A DNA stretch of 57,480 nucleotides from a virus (lineage: Duplodnaviria > Caudoviricetes), in the IMG/VR virus record IMGVR_UViG_3300046534_000186, positions 1-57,480 of that record. One strand, 5' to 3'. The position numbers were made by a program, and so were the translations under genes. Below the pieces are notes generated by a model, which was not told the origin of the DNA, searched no databases, and saw only the letters and a program-made list of their open reading frames with translations. Shown here one piece after another: positions 1 to 7,302 of the stretch. Each line of letters begins with the position of its first letter. Position 1 is the first letter of the stretch.

Positions 1-177
1 TTGCTATGGATTATAAGGAGAAAGTAGATATACATGGTGAGAAGATACAACAAGCTAAGCTAGCACCCGATGTCACTGTGGATATAGCAGGAGTTGGTAC
101 TCTGAAGTTTGAAAGGTTGAGTTTTAAGACAACTACTCCTAGTCTAGATAACCATGCTAGAACAGGGTTTGTCAACT
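1..177. repeat. Terminal direct overlap, left copy (circular assembly)
   Basis: 1-177 equals 57304-57480 except position 50 (A) versus 57353 (G), a synonymous CAA/CAG; 51-177 (127 nt) is identical to the last 127 nt. Confidence 0.97.
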
Positions 178-551
178 TGATACAAGCAACAGATGCACTC
201 ATAGCTAGGCATATCCTAGTATCACTCGCAAGGCAGGGAGCACAACACGCAATATCAGTTCATGACTGTTTCAGAGTTAATATCAACGACTTCATAGATG
301 GTAAGCTGCATAAAGCAGTAAAGGATGCATACAAGGCTGTGTTTGTGAATATGGATGGTAGAGGTGATATACTCAAGAACTACTTCCAAGGTGTCAAGGA
401 TGCTGGAGGCACGTTCCCTAAGTCATCAATAGCCTATATGTTAGCTGATGGAGCCTTAAAGATGGATGATTGGGTTGAAGTAGAGGATATCATTGACTCT
501 TTAGAGAATAAGATAGATGGTGTGGAAGGTGCTTACTACTTCTCCAAGTAA
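6..551 (+). CDS. C-terminal part of single-subunit RNA polymerase 1 (continues from 55767 across the join)
   Basis: GFVNLIQATDA (cf. T7 PNFVHSQDG) and SVHDCF (T7 motif C IHDSF); ATG at 6 corresponds to the in-frame ATG at 57309. Confidence 0.93.
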   Translation: MDYKEKVDIHGEKIQQAKLAPDVTVDIAGVGTLKFERLSFKTTTPSLDNHARTGFVNLIQATDALIARHILVSLARQGAQHAISVHDCFRVNINDFIDGKLHKAVKDAYKAVFVNMDGRGDILKNYFQGVKDAGGTFPKSSIAYMLADGALKMDDWVEVEDIIDSLENKIDGVEGAYYFSK

Positions 552-556
552 GTAAA

Positions 557-710
557 GCAGGCAAGGATGCTACTAACTAACTAGGTTGTGCGCTTGACAG
601 GATAAGAACAACTGTTTAGTACGAGTCTGGCTCGTCCCGTTAAATGCCTGCACAGTCTTCAGCACCAACCTAGAGTCATAACAACGCTACAGGTTATCTA
701 GGTAGCATTT
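557..710 (+). ncRNA. Candidate structured (possibly pseudoknotted) RNA after RNAP1
   Basis: Stems by eye: 565-573/702-710, 581-591/662-673, hairpin ACGAG-TCTGG-CTCGT at 621-635, crossing pair GCAGGCA 557-563/TGCCTGC 645-651. Confidence 0.35.
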
Positions 711-717
711 TAAAGCA

Positions 718-759
718 CAAGGTCAAGGTCAAGGTCAAAATCAAGATCAAGGTCAAGAC
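718..759 (+). repeat. Seven tandem CAARRY hexamers
   Basis: CAAGGT x3, CAAAAT, CAAGAT, CAAGGT, CAAGAC. Confidence 0.9.
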
Positions 760-867
760 CTACCTAGAAATATAGGCAGAGTCTGATTAAGGTCAAGACC
801 AAGTAGAACTATAGGTAGAGTCTGATTAAGAGCAAGACCAAACAGAATTATAGGTAGAGTATCATCC
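749..867 (+). repeat. Three tandem 39-40 bp imperfect direct repeats
   Basis: Units start at 749, 789 and 828: AAG(GT/AG)CAAGACC-N4-5-AGAAHTATAGGYAGAGT-(CTGATT in the first two). Confidence 0.92.
766..860 (+). promoter_or_regulatory. Three copies of a 17-bp motif AGMAHTATAGGYAGART, putative phage-RNAP promoters (or iterons)
   Basis: Copies at 766-782, 805-821 and 844-860; the TATAGG core resembles the T7-type initiation region; directly downstream of RNAP1. Confidence 0.5.
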
Positions 868-1364
868 CTAGCCACAAGGAATGGCAAATCACTCATTAAA
901 CCATAGGTCATGTCACATAATGGCTGTGTAGACCTACGTAGACATCCTTAAACCCTTACTACGCCTATCCATTAGAGTGGCAAGTGCTGCGGTAGGTCTA
1001 TGGATGGCTGGGGAAATGCAGTTGAAGGAATGGGGAGCGCTGGGGCGGCAGCCACCAAGCCACTAATAAACCCTAACCACACAATAGCCAGCAAGCTAGA
1101 CCAGTGCTACCAAGGCTAGATAGACTATTTAGAGGCTTGGTAGCTAGTATATAACCTAGGCGCTCATCTGGGAGTGTACGGATAGAGCTTACTAAACCTC
1201 GTAGTGTCCTATGTATGTCCTAGTATGTATACAGAGTTTCATAGTTAGAGGCCAGAATTAGGCAAATAACATCTTAGAATAACCCTACCTATCACAGGTA
1301 GGTAGAACAAGTCAGCCCTGATTAGGGTTGTTACTTAAACTTAACTTAACTCAGGAGTATTACA

Positions 1365-1469
1365 ATGAACACTTATCTAAAGGTTATACTAGTTATAGGA
1401 TTATTCCTATTTATGGTAAAAGTAGTAATAGTACCAGCAGTCGTTGGTATAATGATGGTGATGGTGTAA
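1365..1469 (+). CDS. Small hydrophobic membrane peptide (34 aa), not in ORF track
   Basis: AGGAG RBS; MNTYLKVILVIGLFLFMVKVVIVPAVVGIMMVMV*; its TAA overlaps the next ATG (TAATG). Confidence 0.7.
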   Translation: MNTYLKVILVIGLFLFMVKVVIVPAVVGIMMVMV

Positions 1470-1762
1470 TGAGCAAGTCTATGCTAGAAATGTATAAGTT
1501 GTTTAAGAACGATCCCAATTGGAAGCAGCTTAGTTTAAAAGTACACAACCCAAAAGGATTTTACAGTGTTGCAATAGGAGAAACAGTAACAACACTAACG
1601 CAAGTAGACTTAAACTCAGACCAAGTAAGGGAAGTTAGATTAGTTAGTAGTAGTCGTGGAATGAGGCAATCTATTTGCGTGTCCTACAAGCTTGAACAAC
1701 CAGTACAGGATATAGCTCTAAAGTTTGTAGATAGTTCAACTGACCGAACAAATATCTTTTAG
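1469..1762 (+). CDS. Hypothetical early protein (97 aa; start revised from 1328)
   Basis: ATG translationally coupled to the upstream peptide stop; same frame as track ORF 1328..1762. Confidence 0.7.
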   Translation: MSKSMLEMYKLFKNDPNWKQLSLKVHNPKGFYSVAIGETVTTLTQVDLNSDQVREVRLVSSSRGMRQSICVSYKLEQPVQDIALKFVDSSTDRTNIF

Positions 1763-1777
1763 AAATATAGGTAGAGT
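1761..1777 (+). promoter_or_regulatory. Fourth copy of the 17-bp motif
   Basis: AGAAATATAGGTAGAGT, at the start of a 500-nt non-coding leader. Confidence 0.5.
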
Positions 1778-1789
1778 ATTACCTAAGCA

Positions 1790-2250
1790 AGCAAACGGTT
1801 CCCTAGGAAGGAGCCACTGGCACTCATAGCTTTACACGCTTGTGAGTTGGGTGCTATTACAAATTAGACTCACGAGATGACTGACTACGCAAGAAGTGTA
1901 GCAGGTAAGGTTCCGCCTATCTACACAAGGGAGCCAACAAATTTAGGGTTACAGGTTAACCTTACATCGGCACGACAGCCGTAACATTAGACAAGTTCCT
2001 ATTAACTTTGTGTAATGTGTCCATAGTAACGACAGCACCTTCATAGCTGTAAGTGAAGTAGCGCGTATAAAATCTCGAAAGGTAGCGCGAACATAAATGA
2101 GCCTTAGAGTTGAAAAGAAGATATAAGAAATCTTCACACAAGCAATAGAGGAGTAAGGGACCTAAAGAAGAGCCTTTGACAGCTAGGAATTAGACTAGCA
2201 GGTTCGGCTCTCACCTATATAAGTAGAGCCAATAACGCACAATGTGCATC
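1790..2250 (+). ncRNA. Long structured non-coding region / leader RNA
   Basis: No credible ORF; many hairpins with G-U pairs (GGTTCC/GGAGCC twice, ACTCATAGC/GCTTGTGAGT, CTACGC/GTGTAG, GAAGAT/ATCTTC, GCTAG/CTAGC, GGCTCT/AGAGCC). Confidence 0.5.
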
Positions 2251-2278
2251 TATCTTAACTTAATAAAGAGAAACTATT

Positions 2279-2740
2279 ATGACTAACTCAATACTATCAA
2301 AGCTTTCAAAACTGACCGCTGTAACTTCTTCTACGCAAGTAGCCAAGCAAGAAATGACAGCACAGCAAGTAGCTGATTGTAAAGCTGCAATCAAAGCCAA
2401 GAACCGTGGCTACAACGTACAGCCGAACAAGTATGATCTTGCTCAACCTTACAGAGTAGCAATCAACTTTAATAACACTTGGCAGAATTACGGTGATTTC
2501 GCCAGTGCAGATGTTGCAGCAGCAGTAGGTACTATTGTATCAGCAGCCTTCTTCGGAGATAATGCTAGAATTGGCAGCTTCGATGAGAAAGTTGCAGAAG
2601 CAGATCCGAACTTTAGCACATGGATTGCAGATCCACGCAATGCTGATGTACTAGCTCGTGCTGAAGACTCTGAACTATGCTACTTCAAGACTGGAGAAGA
2701 GCCAACTAAGAGTCCAGCTCAAGAAAAATCACCATTCTAA
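2279..2740 (+). CDS. Early protein with degenerate AP2-like DNA-binding domain
   Basis: YRVAINFNNTWQNYGDFASADVAAA...AAFFGDNA follows the AP2 pattern YxAxI...LGxFxTxExAAxA...xFGxxA; no HNH motif seen. Confidence 0.5.
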   Translation: MTNSILSKLSKLTAVTSSTQVAKQEMTAQQVADCKAAIKAKNRGYNVQPNKYDLAQPYRVAINFNNTWQNYGDFASADVAAAVGTIVSAAFFGDNARIGSFDEKVAEADPNFSTWIADPRNADVLARAEDSELCYFKTGEEPTKSPAQEKSPF

Positions 2741-2751
2741 GAAGTTGTTAA

Positions 2752-2866
2752 CACACTCGATAGCTCAAATGCAGAGCCATAGACTGCCAAAGGTTCGACT
2801 CCCTTCTATATGGTATGGCTATATTAAATGTCGTGGGTATGCAGGTTCAAGTCCTGCCGAGTGTGA
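2752..2866 (+). ncRNA. tRNA-like RNA with an inserted second T-loop arm
   Basis: Acceptor CACACTCG/CGAGTGTG, D-arm TA-GCTC-AAATGCA-GAGC, T-arm GCAGG-TTCAAGT-CCTGC; extra GGTTCGACTCC arm at 2792-2802; no encoded CCA. Confidence 0.7.
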
Positions 2867-2896
2867 CTTTTATTCAGTTCTAAAGCAGTAGATATA

Positions 2897-2924
2897 TAGA
2901 TAGCCTTCAAATGAGGGCTATCTA
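2897..2924 (+). terminator. Strong hairpin (terminator or processing site)
   Basis: TAGATAGCCTTC-AAAT-GAGGGCTATCTA; no U-tract. Confidence 0.45.
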
Positions 2925-3002
2925 GTATAATTATTGATTAACATCAGCAAAGCTAGTGGTAAGCCCTGTAAAGTAATTAGTTACAACATATAGTGGAGTC
3001 AG

Positions 3003-3197
3003 ATGAAAGATATTAATTTACAAGAGGACGATTTTGAAATCATAGAAATCAAACGTACACTAAGTTTGGCCATGATTAAGATAGGTGGAAGGAAAAGGTT
3101 TGTACAAAGAAACCTAATACCTATCAAACGTAGGCGTGAATACTACGAGATGCGGAAAGCTGAAGATAAAGCCCAAGGATCTCAAGGACAATATTAA
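3003..3197 (+). CDS. Hypothetical protein
   Basis: GGAG RBS, 64 aa ORF. Confidence 0.7.
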   Translation: MKDINLQEDDFEIIEIKRTLSLAMIKIGGRKRFVQRNLIPIKRRREYYEMRKAEDKAQGSQGQY

Positions 3198-3230
3198 CTT
3201 AACTTAACTTAACTTTAGCAGGAGAAGAAA

Positions 3231-3287
3231 ATGAATACTCGTAGATACTATGTTGCAGAAGATGGAACAATCGTCTGGATCAACTAA
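3231..3287 (+). CDS. Candidate 18-aa peptide MNTRRYYVAEDGTIVWIN
   Basis: AGGAG RBS preceded by TTAAC repeats; not in ORF track. Confidence 0.45.
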   Translation: MNTRRYYVAEDGTIVWIN

Positions 3288-3367
3288 ACACTAGCTCAAC
3301 CTTGACAATATCTTGGTTGGGCTTTAAAAGTTACACTCAACTAACTCATAACTATTTGGAGCTAACT

Positions 3368-3727
3368 ATGACCGAATTAACAAACCAAGAATATTTCGAT
3401 AAGACTGTCAAGCATATTATAGCTCAAGGTAGTGCTTGTAAGCTTTATAATGAGTCTGGTAGTCACTGCTTATTCAAATGTGGATCAAAAAGATGCGCAA
3501 TTGGCTACTGGATTCCTGAAGAACACCCAATACTACATTACACATATGGTGGTATGGATACATTAGCTAAACACTTTCCAGAGCTAGAAGGAGTTGCATG
3601 GCCTAATACAGAGCATGGGTATGATTTAGCATGTTCTTTACAGTTCTTACATGATCTTGATATAGTAGGACGTAAGATTTTTGAAGAAAGAGTAAATGGT
3701 ATAAAGGAAATGTACAACTTAAACTAA
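3368..3727 (+). CDS. Tandem paralog 1 of 5 (Cys/His-conserved, unknown function); start revised from 3302
   Basis: GGAG RBS then MTELTNQEYFDKT, like the other copies; CAIGYWIPE, AWP, LQxLHD. Confidence 0.9.
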   Translation: MTELTNQEYFDKTVKHIIAQGSACKLYNESGSHCLFKCGSKRCAIGYWIPEEHPILHYTYGGMDTLAKHFPELEGVAWPNTEHGYDLACSLQFLHDLDIVGRKIFEERVNGIKEMYNLN

Positions 3728-3740
3728 CTGGGAGATAGCT

Positions 3741-4091
3741 ATGACCGAATTAACAAACCAAGAATATTTCGATAAGACTGTAAAGCATATAATAGCTCAA
3801 GGTGATGCTTGTATGAATAACAGCGGATGCGATTGTGTATACCGTAATGGAACAAAAAGTTGTGCGGTAGGTTACTGGATTCCTGAAGGATACGTAGCAG
3901 AAAATGAAACAGGTTGTATAGGAGCATTACTTTATAACTTCCCAGAACTAAAAGGAATTGCATGGCCTGATACAGAGGATGGGTATGATATAGCGTGTTC
4001 TTTGCAGAATTTGCATGATGAAGATATAGTAGGAACTGAGTATTTCGAAAAGGAAGTAAATAAAATAAAGTTTAGATTCACCTTAAACTAA
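3741..4091 (+). CDS. Tandem paralog 2 of 5
   Basis: Same YFDKT, QGDAC, CxYR, CAVGYWIPE, LQxLHD motifs. Confidence 0.9.
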   Translation: MTELTNQEYFDKTVKHIIAQGDACMNNSGCDCVYRNGTKSCAVGYWIPEGYVAENETGCIGALLYNFPELKGIAWPDTEDGYDIACSLQNLHDEDIVGTEYFEKEVNKIKFRFTLN

Positions 4092-4104
4092 CTAGGAGCT
4101 AACT

Positions 4105-4449
4105 ATGACCGAATTAACAAACCAAGACTATTTCGATAAGACTATCAATCACATAGTGCAGCAAGGTGATGCTTGCATGATCGGTCCGCATTGTGCATAC
4201 CGTAATGGTACAAAAAGTTGCGCAGTAGGCTACTGGATTCCTGAAGGACACATGGCAAATATGTCAACAGGTGGTGTAGGCTCACTAGTTGGTAAATACC
4301 AAGACCTAAAAGGAGTTGCATGGCCTGATACAAAAAATGGAATACATTTAGCACGTGCTTTGCAGTGGTTGCATGATGAAAACATAGTAGGAACTGATCT
4401 TTTCGAGAAAGAAGTAAATAAGATAAAATTTAGATTCACCTTAAACTAA
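4105..4449 (+). CDS. Tandem paralog 3 of 5
   Basis: Same motifs; C-terminal FEKEVNKIKFRFTLN identical to copy 2. Confidence 0.9.
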   Translation: MTELTNQDYFDKTINHIVQQGDACMIGPHCAYRNGTKSCAVGYWIPEGHMANMSTGGVGSLVGKYQDLKGVAWPDTKNGIHLARALQWLHDENIVGTDLFEKEVNKIKFRFTLN

Positions 4450-4462
4450 CTAGGAGATAACT

Positions 4463-4822
4463 ATGACCGAGTTAACAGACCAAGACTATTTCGATAAGAC
4501 TGTCAAGCATATTATAGCTCAAGGTGATGCTTGTAAAAATAAGAGTGGGTCCTGCGTATACCGTAATGGCTCAAAGAGTTGTGCAGTAGGTTACTGGATT
4601 CCTGAAGGACATCCAGCAGAAAGTGAAACAGGTAGTGTAGACTCATTAGTTGATACCTACCCAGACCTAAAAGGAGTTGCATGGCCTGATACAGAACATG
4701 GAGTTTATTTAGCTCTGGAGTTGCAGAGGTTGCATGATGATAACATAGTAGGAACTGAGGCTTTTGAAAAAGGAGTAGCTTGCATAAAGTCTGAATTTAA
4801 ACAGGTTGGGATTTTACTATGA
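4463..4822 (+). CDS. Tandem paralog 4 of 5
   Basis: Same motifs. Confidence 0.9.
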   Translation: MTELTDQDYFDKTVKHIIAQGDACKNKSGSCVYRNGSKSCAVGYWIPEGHPAESETGSVDSLVDTYPDLKGVAWPDTEHGVYLALELQRLHDDNIVGTEAFEKGVACIKSEFKQVGILL

Positions 4823-5166
4823 CTAAATTAACAGAACAAGACTATTTCGATAAGACTGTCAATCACATGGTACAACAAGGTGACGCCTGTATGTTAAATG
4901 GGTTCTGCGTATACCGTGCTTACTCAAAAAGTTGTGCAGTAGGTTACTGGATTCCTGAAGGACACCCAGCAGAGGGCGAAGTAGGTGGTGTAGACTCACT
5001 AGTTAATGGCTACTCAGATCTAGAAGGAGTTGCATGGCCTGCTACAGAAAATGGAATTGCTTTAGCTGGAAGGTTGCAGAATTTGCATGATAAAGATGTA
5101 GTAGGAACTGAGGATTTTGTAGAAGAAGTCGATAATATAAGATCTAGATTTAAACTAACTAACTAG
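4819..5166 (+). CDS. Tandem paralog 5 of 5
   Basis: Same motifs; ATGA overlap with copy 4. Confidence 0.9.
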   Translation: MTKLTEQDYFDKTVNHMVQQGDACMLNGFCVYRAYSKSCAVGYWIPEGHPAEGEVGGVDSLVNGYSDLEGVAWPATENGIALAGRLQNLHDKDVVGTEDFVEEVDNIRSRFKLTN

Positions 5167-5214
5167 GTAGACCCTGTACTAACAATCAATCAATCAACTA
5201 ACTAGGAGACAGAC

Positions 5215-6543
5215 ATGAATCTGTATGATGACCAATTAAGAGCTGCCGCTCGCTTTGAGAAGTGGCTATCTACTTCTTCACAGACGTTTGCAGGTCTATG
5301 GGCTTCAGCAGGCTATGGAAAGTCTTTTACAGCAAAGTACTTGATAGAAGAAGTAATACTTAAGCATACCAACTACACGCCAATACTTACCAGTACTACT
5401 CACTCAGCAGTTGAAGTGATGGAGCAGTTTACTGGTAGACCTGCCACTACCCTACACTCATTAATGGGTTGGGTTCCACAGGTAGTAAAAGATACTGGCG
5501 AGGAATACCTAAGCACTCCAGAGATGCGAGGCAAAAAATCTAATCTTGTAAAGGACATGATAGTACTAGTAGATGAGGCTGGTACACTAGGCCATGAAGA
5601 AATGCGTTTACTTACTTTAGCATGTCAAGAAGCAGACGCTCGTGTATTGTTCATTGGAGATCACAAGCAATGCTTTCCAGTTATTAAGGAAGGCGAAGAA
5701 TTGTGCGTACCAGCTCATAGGGCCACAGAATGTATGCTTGAGTTAACAGAACCTAAGCGTACAGACAGGGCTAACAATATATTTAAACTAAGCGAGAAGT
5801 ACAGAGCCACTGTTGATGGTGGGCCACAACCTATCCTATCCACTAAATTAAATGTGGATGGTAAAACTGGTGTAAGGTATGTCGATGATATAGAGGAAAT
5901 GGCTTACAAAGCATTTGCCGCTGGCATACGAGATGGCAACACAGACAATATTAAGGTTCTAGCCTTTACAAATCTACGCTGCTTATCATTAAACCGTAAA
6001 ATCCGCAAGAATGTCTTAGGACATAAAAGCCAGATACCTACGGTGGGTGAAGTCATGATTGCTAACACATCTATAACTGATGTAGAAGGTAATGTGATGA
6101 TTAAGAATAACGAGCGAGTAGTAGTTACGTCAGTTGAGGAGACTGATAATCACGGTCTAAAGGGAGCTTTCATTACCTACGATAACTTAGACGGAGAAGG
6201 TATACCAGAATCGGTATTTGTTCCTGAGAGTCCAGGTAGGTTAGCGGATAGGCTCAAGAAATTGTCCAATGAAGCTAAAGGCTACGGAGCTAATGGCTTT
6301 AAAGACGAGTCAAGCGCACTATGGAGAACATTCTACAGCCTCAAGGAAGGTTGTGCAGATATTCGATTCACCTATGCAATGACTGTAAACAAAGCTCAGG
6401 GTATAACACTCAAACATGCTTTAATAGACATGTCTGATATAAACAAGGCAAGCTCCTTCAGTCGTGAAATGGCTGCTAGGCTTGCTTATACTGCTGTATC
6501 TCGTGGAACTACTTTTGTAACTATTGAAGGAGACCTAACATGA
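5215..6543 (+). CDS. Dda/RecD-like SF1B DNA helicase
   Basis: Walker A AGYGKS, TLHSL, VDEA, IGDHKQ, YAMTVNKAQG, YTAVSR. Confidence 0.9.
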   Translation: MNLYDDQLRAAARFEKWLSTSSQTFAGLWASAGYGKSFTAKYLIEEVILKHTNYTPILTSTTHSAVEVMEQFTGRPATTLHSLMGWVPQVVKDTGEEYLSTPEMRGKKSNLVKDMIVLVDEAGTLGHEEMRLLTLACQEADARVLFIGDHKQCFPVIKEGEELCVPAHRATECMLELTEPKRTDRANNIFKLSEKYRATVDGGPQPILSTKLNVDGKTGVRYVDDIEEMAYKAFAAGIRDGNTDNIKVLAFTNLRCLSLNRKIRKNVLGHKSQIPTVGEVMIANTSITDVEGNVMIKNNERVVVTSVEETDNHGLKGAFITYDNLDGEGIPESVFVPESPGRLADRLKKLSNEAKGYGANGFKDESSALWRTFYSLKEGCADIRFTYAMTVNKAQGITLKHALIDMSDINKASSFSREMAARLAYTAVSRGTTFVTIEGDLT

Positions 6544-6977
6544 CTATAAGGGAAGATGCTAATAAACTGTGCAAACTACTATATCACGAATTATCTTTGA
6601 TAGGATTTTATCCTGCCTTAACTGGAGGTGTACTGTACAAAAAAGGTGTCAGGAAAGATATAGACATTATTGTATATAGGAATAGGCAGCTAGTAGAGGA
6701 CTTTGAACTTAAAGATATAGAGAGTACACTTGAAAAAGTTGGTATGATTGAATTCAAGCACTATGGATTTGTTACCAAGTGCCTATGGATGGGCTACTCA
6801 GTAGACCTACTTAACCCAGAAACAAGTGATAGTAAAGGTTACGATAACCCAATAAAGTTTAAAATAACAGGGCGGTTTAATGATGAAACTGTACTAGAGA
6901 TCAAGAAGGGTAGCAGAGGTGCTATGACAGACTTATTAAGAGTAATCGTAGAAAATGAACTACACAACGGTGGCTAA
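6540..6977 (+). CDS. Putative minimal nucleotidyltransferase (Pol-beta superfamily)
   Basis: LTGG-x9-DIDI plus a downstream VDL acidic residue. Confidence 0.5.
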   Translation: MTIREDANKLCKLLYHELSLIGFYPALTGGVLYKKGVRKDIDIIVYRNRQLVEDFELKDIESTLEKVGMIEFKHYGFVTKCLWMGYSVDLLNPETSDSKGYDNPIKFKITGRFNDETVLEIKKGSRGAMTDLLRVIVENELHNGG

Positions 6978-6978
6978 C

Positions 6979-7284
6979 ATGAATATAGAAAAAGTAGTAG
7001 TAGACGGAGTTTTAAAAGATGTAACTCCAGAATTAGCGGCTGAGATGTTTGCAATAATGAACGCACACAAACAAGCCATATTTTTCAATAAATTAGCTGA
7101 GTTAATCTCTAAATGGGATAATGGAATGGGTAGTTTTGCAATGCAGTTACAGTACATAACTGATGAAGAAGAACTAACCACAGAAGGAAGAAGGGTTATG
7201 GAGCTGATTGGTGAGTACGCCAAAGAGCAAGAACCTTTATTTAACTTTAATTATTACAAAGAGCAAGACCCTTTCTTTGACTAG
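6979..7284 (+). CDS. Hypothetical protein (track start 6955; 6979 preferred)
   Basis: ORF abutting the upstream stop. Confidence 0.7.
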   Translation: MNIEKVVVDGVLKDVTPELAAEMFAIMNAHKQAIFFNKLAELISKWDNGMGSFAMQLQYITDEEELTTEGRRVMELIGEYAKEQEPLFNFNYYKEQDPFFD

Positions 7285-7302
7285 ATAACTTAGGAGAAAC
7301 AA

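Noticed and set aside
1-177. Biological direct terminal repeat
   Set aside because: It lies inside the RNAP1 coding sequence and its exact part is 127 nt, typical of an assembler overlap
749-867. CRISPR or TIGR-like guide array
   Set aside because: Only three units, variable parts are 4-5 nt rather than unique spacers, and no Cas or Nop-domain gene was recognised
2752-2866. Canonical or ochre-suppressor tRNA
   Set aside because: The ~36-nt insert, weak anticodon stem, missing U33 and missing CCA argue against decoding; kept as a tRNA-like RNA
2658-2891. Track ORF of 77 aa
   Set aside because: Overlaps the 2279 gene and the tRNA-like element, with no RBS
3368-5166. Diversity-generating retroelement or integron cassette array
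   Set aside because: No reverse transcriptase or integrase, differences are not adenine-specific, and junctions are ~13-nt RBS spacers with no attC-like sites
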